This document shows, in pieces, positions 60,360 to 64,000 of a stretch of DNA of 64,000 nt. Below the pieces are notes generated by a model. That model was not told the origin of the DNA, ran no database searches, and saw only the letters and a program-made list of their open reading frames with translations. This DNA is from Azolla caroliniana (taxonomy: Eukaryota > Plantae > Polypodiophyta): contig JBHGNT010000015.1 in assembly GCA_043228905.1 (NCBI GenBank), positions 11,222,001 to 11,286,000 of the forward strand. The letters run 5' to 3'. How positions within the stretch are numbered: the stretch's first letter is position 1; each line of letters starts with the position of its first letter. Both the position numbers and the translations under genes were made by a program.

Positions 60360-61599
60360 ACACACAGAAGGTACGCAGGAGAGACAGAGAAAGAGCAAAA
60401 CAACTTAAATCTATTATCAAAAACTCTGTAAAATTCTCTTTACATACAACGTGCTCAACAACACTATTTATACAAGTCCTAAGAGGACTGACAGAAGTAT
60501 GGTCTACCGCAATGCTCACACAAGCGTCTGACACTAACTACGAGACATTAACTACATAGTAGTCTAGGCTGTTACTAGGCTTCCGGTTATTGCTGGATCC
60601 AGCTAACCGGCTCCCCAGCTCACCGACTCATGCTTATTCAGCCGATCCGGATCCGATTGAGCTTGCCGCTCAATAGGATGGCAGACATGGTCGGCGCAGG
60701 CCACCGAACTACAGTTGTTATAGGCTGACAGGGAAAATCGGAAGAAATAGGGCACCAATTTCTTCAAATTGGACGATGAAGCTATTACTACCGTCCAAAA
60801 AGACCTGGCCCGTGATTTGTACGAGTTGCCACCAGCCACAAGAAGGAGGTGGTACGGTTAATGGAGGAATATGATGCCCACGAGATCGACACAACGGTAT
60901 GGCTTGGTGTTTATGAGAAAGACCACCGACAACAGACTCCTGAATTGGGGCCCAACACCAGCAAGCGCCCATCCCTAGCTAAAACTACCCAATCTGAAGC
61001 AATCGACGCCAAGCCCGAGGAGACACACACTGAGGCAACATGACAAATGGAGGACTAGACGACGTCTGACACCGACACCAGGACTGAGGAAGAGCTGACA
61101 TTGTTCGACATCCTCCATGAGGACGAAAGTGAGGATGACGCCGACGCCGACCATGAGGAAGTCAAGGAGTAAGCATAGAGGGTAGGTTCGACCGTGCAAG
61201 CCACTATCCCACGGGCATGCCAAGTGTTGATGGGCGGGGGGTGGAGCCAAGAACGGCTCCACCCCCCTTCCAAGGGGGTTGAGTGTGTGTGTGTGTGTGA
61301 GTGAGTGAGTGAGTGAGAGAAAGAGAGAGAGAGAGACACACACACACACAATATTGAGAGGCAAAACTTCTACTATCATTCATGTCCCTTTGGGTGGGTT
61401 ATATAGGTACATTACATGAGGGTTCCAAATCAAGAACATACAATGGGGTTTGTAGGTTAGTTACATAACATTGTAACAACCTAGACCCACTTTACCATAT
61501 TAATATACTCACACTTATGTGCACGTTTGCACATACACTTACACATGACATTTAATACAAAGACTTCACTTATCTATCCATGTACCAACACTTATACAC

Positions 61600-63000
61600 T
61601 CACTCATACACTTACAATCCCACAGATAACAAAATGATGTTGTGGATAATAGAGAAGGAGATGGGCTGTAAATTATATGTGAAAGTTGAGTTTGCTTCCT
61701 CAAGAGATGATGGTTTTCTAGTTTGGTGCAACATATGTGCTCCCATACTGTGAAACTTGGGGAGATGGGATGCACTGCACTTGCTCCATGATGTATTAAT
61801 ATCTTCCTTGTTTTGCAAAACCAATGGAAATTGATATTGTCTCAAGAATTTTGATCATATATGGCATTTGTATCTTGCCAAATATGACACTTTTGAATAT
61901 GTCTCAAAAAGTAAGAGCATATGATGTTTTTTTATATTTTTAAGTGCTTTCCAAGTAAACATAAATATTTCATAGCCCCATAGTGTGGCATTGATATTAT
62001 CAAAGTGTCAAACAGTTTTTCTTGAGGAATCAATTTTTCATTTCTTCTCCAAGCTCTATTACATATGCTACAAAATACATATTAAGCCATTGTTTCTCCT
62101 TCATTGGAGAGAACCTTAAGGCTATGACATATAGGAGCCTTCTACCATTTAAGGTGGTTCATTGTTGTACATATATAGTGAATGGTTATAGCAATTGAGA
62201 ATTTTCTCAAAACCCTTGTTCTAGAGCTATGGACACAACTTAATTGTGCATTTTCCAAGACATTCATAAACATACCATCCATTTGATAAAAGCACCACAT
62301 CATTTCTGCATAGCAAAAGCATGATGTCGACATTCCCAAAAGTAGCATTTTGAATGCCCTCTGGTTGTACAAAGTCATCAACTACTTGATCTCTTCATTG
62401 ACACAACTTCAATAGTGACATTCTTGCTTAACGTCAATTGTGTTAGTGAAAATTTCTAACATTCCATTTCTCATTAGCACATGACATATCATATGTCATG
62501 GATGTGAGAGGTTACAAGTATTCATTCACTTGGTTGTCGAATTCATTCATGCTTTCCGAAGGTGCCTACATGCCATTGTAGCGAAAGCTTTCTTGAAGTC
62601 TACAAAGCAACTATAAATGACCCTTTACCTTCCAAAAAACTTTCCTCCATGAGGACCTAGGCATTTCAAGATGATAAATGATAAATTGATGTTTTCAAAC
62701 ACCTTATTATCCCCTTCTTCCTAAATTCTTCAATCCATGCACATTGCTTTTCATGTCCAAATAGATTTGCCATAAGAAAACCAACCATTATTGTCCCATT
62801 TTACGTCATTTATATTTCCCCCTTTTTATAAAGGTCCAAAATTATACTCTCATCGTGAGTGAGACATGACATGTTGCAACAATGCATGATGGAACATATA
62901 ACTTGTCCAAGCATGTGTTCTCACACCTCTTTTATTCGAGAATTCCAGTATTCATACCCTAAAGATATTTTCCCCAATGACTTGGCAATTTTCTTAAGCC
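61600..63000 (-). pseudogene. Highly degenerate non-LTR (LINE) reverse transcriptase
   Basis: Manual reading: YSCFVDFKKAF near 62585-62620 and an LLYADDVVLL-like segment near 62290-62320; boundaries approximate. Confidence 0.65.
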
Positions 63001-64000
63001 CCCTTATATAGTAAAGATGTCAAGCATATCGATAATAGACCTATAACACCATATATCATATGTTTGACTCTTCATATGTATATGTTTTTACAATGTATAT
63101 ACAAGTGTATAAGAGATAAATTACCACAATTCTTAACATGTTTCCCATCTAGGTTTTTCCAAATCTTACAACAAGCATGTGCATTGTCTTGGGTTTGGAG
63201 AAATCATCGATTAATCCCTCTTTCCAAAAAAGAAAAAAGAAAACCACACACACCTTTTGTGTGCATGGAGGTACTTTTAATGGTTTCTTTATCACCAAAT
63301 ATGTCTGTAATCATCGAGTAAATTTGGGTTTCTTGGCATTTACTAACAAACAATTTTTTCCCTCGAGCTATGTTTATTCCTTTGCAAGGCATGCTCTTCT
63401 AGGAAGATAATTTCTCTATGCGTGAGCCATGACATGCTTGAAATCTTCCCATTTGCATAAAGAACTAGTGTTGTATCATTTTAGGTCTCGATCCTTTGTA
63501 TACATAAAGTGCTCTTTTAGAGTCCATGCACATGTTTTTGCTTCCCGTTCTTTGTAATCCCATTGATATATTGTACATCTAATTGTTCTACTTTTTTTGT
63601 TTGAGCCATAAGTTCCGTGATAGAGGTTGCAAAAATGATATTGTTTTTGCTTACACATATTACTCATCTCATGCATTGTTTTGGATTTTTACTCAAATAC
63701 CCTCAAATGAATCACACTCATACTATCTTATAAGAACAACGAGAGATTGTCAAGGCTTGTTTGTTTCGCACATTCAAGTGCTTTTTTCAATGATGAAAAA
63801 ACTTGAAATCCTATAAACAAAAGGGACATTGTAGTATACAAGGATTGCTATGCTAGTAAGGACAAATACAGTACTTGCTGGACAAAAGTGGTGAGGAAAA
63901 CCAACAAAGAATATGTAGATCCAAAGGAGTCCTAGAGGCTAGGGCAAAAAATGATGTCCAAACCACCATCGAAGTGGGATTACATCCATTTTATCAAAGG

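Overview
Eukaryotic, plant-like DNA (probably a bryophyte or other non-seed plant, inferred from a Tcn1-type chromovirus) made almost entirely of nested retrotransposons. No host gene is supportable. The window contains: (i) two Ty1/copia families, including one apparently intact and very young element (36727-42263; 1344-aa ORF, near-identical LTRs, TSD TTCAC) and one young element with a single stop codon (30195-35496, TSD ACGTG); (ii) a full-length Tcn1/Tf1-like chromovirus (51272-57025) with a self-priming PBS, a -1 frameshift signal and heat-shock-element repeats in its LTRs; (iii) a gypsy-type group primed by tRNA-Trp, whose six visible insertions all sit at 4-bp CCG-containing (or CpG-decayed) targets, including a non-autonomous member with a repeat-rich interior; (iv) degenerate gypsy, LINE and hAT-like remnants; and (v) several recombination scars. 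The apparent CCG/CpG target specificity of the tRNA-Trp group is the most interesting signal. All boundaries were read by eye; lineage names come from motif recognition, not database searches.
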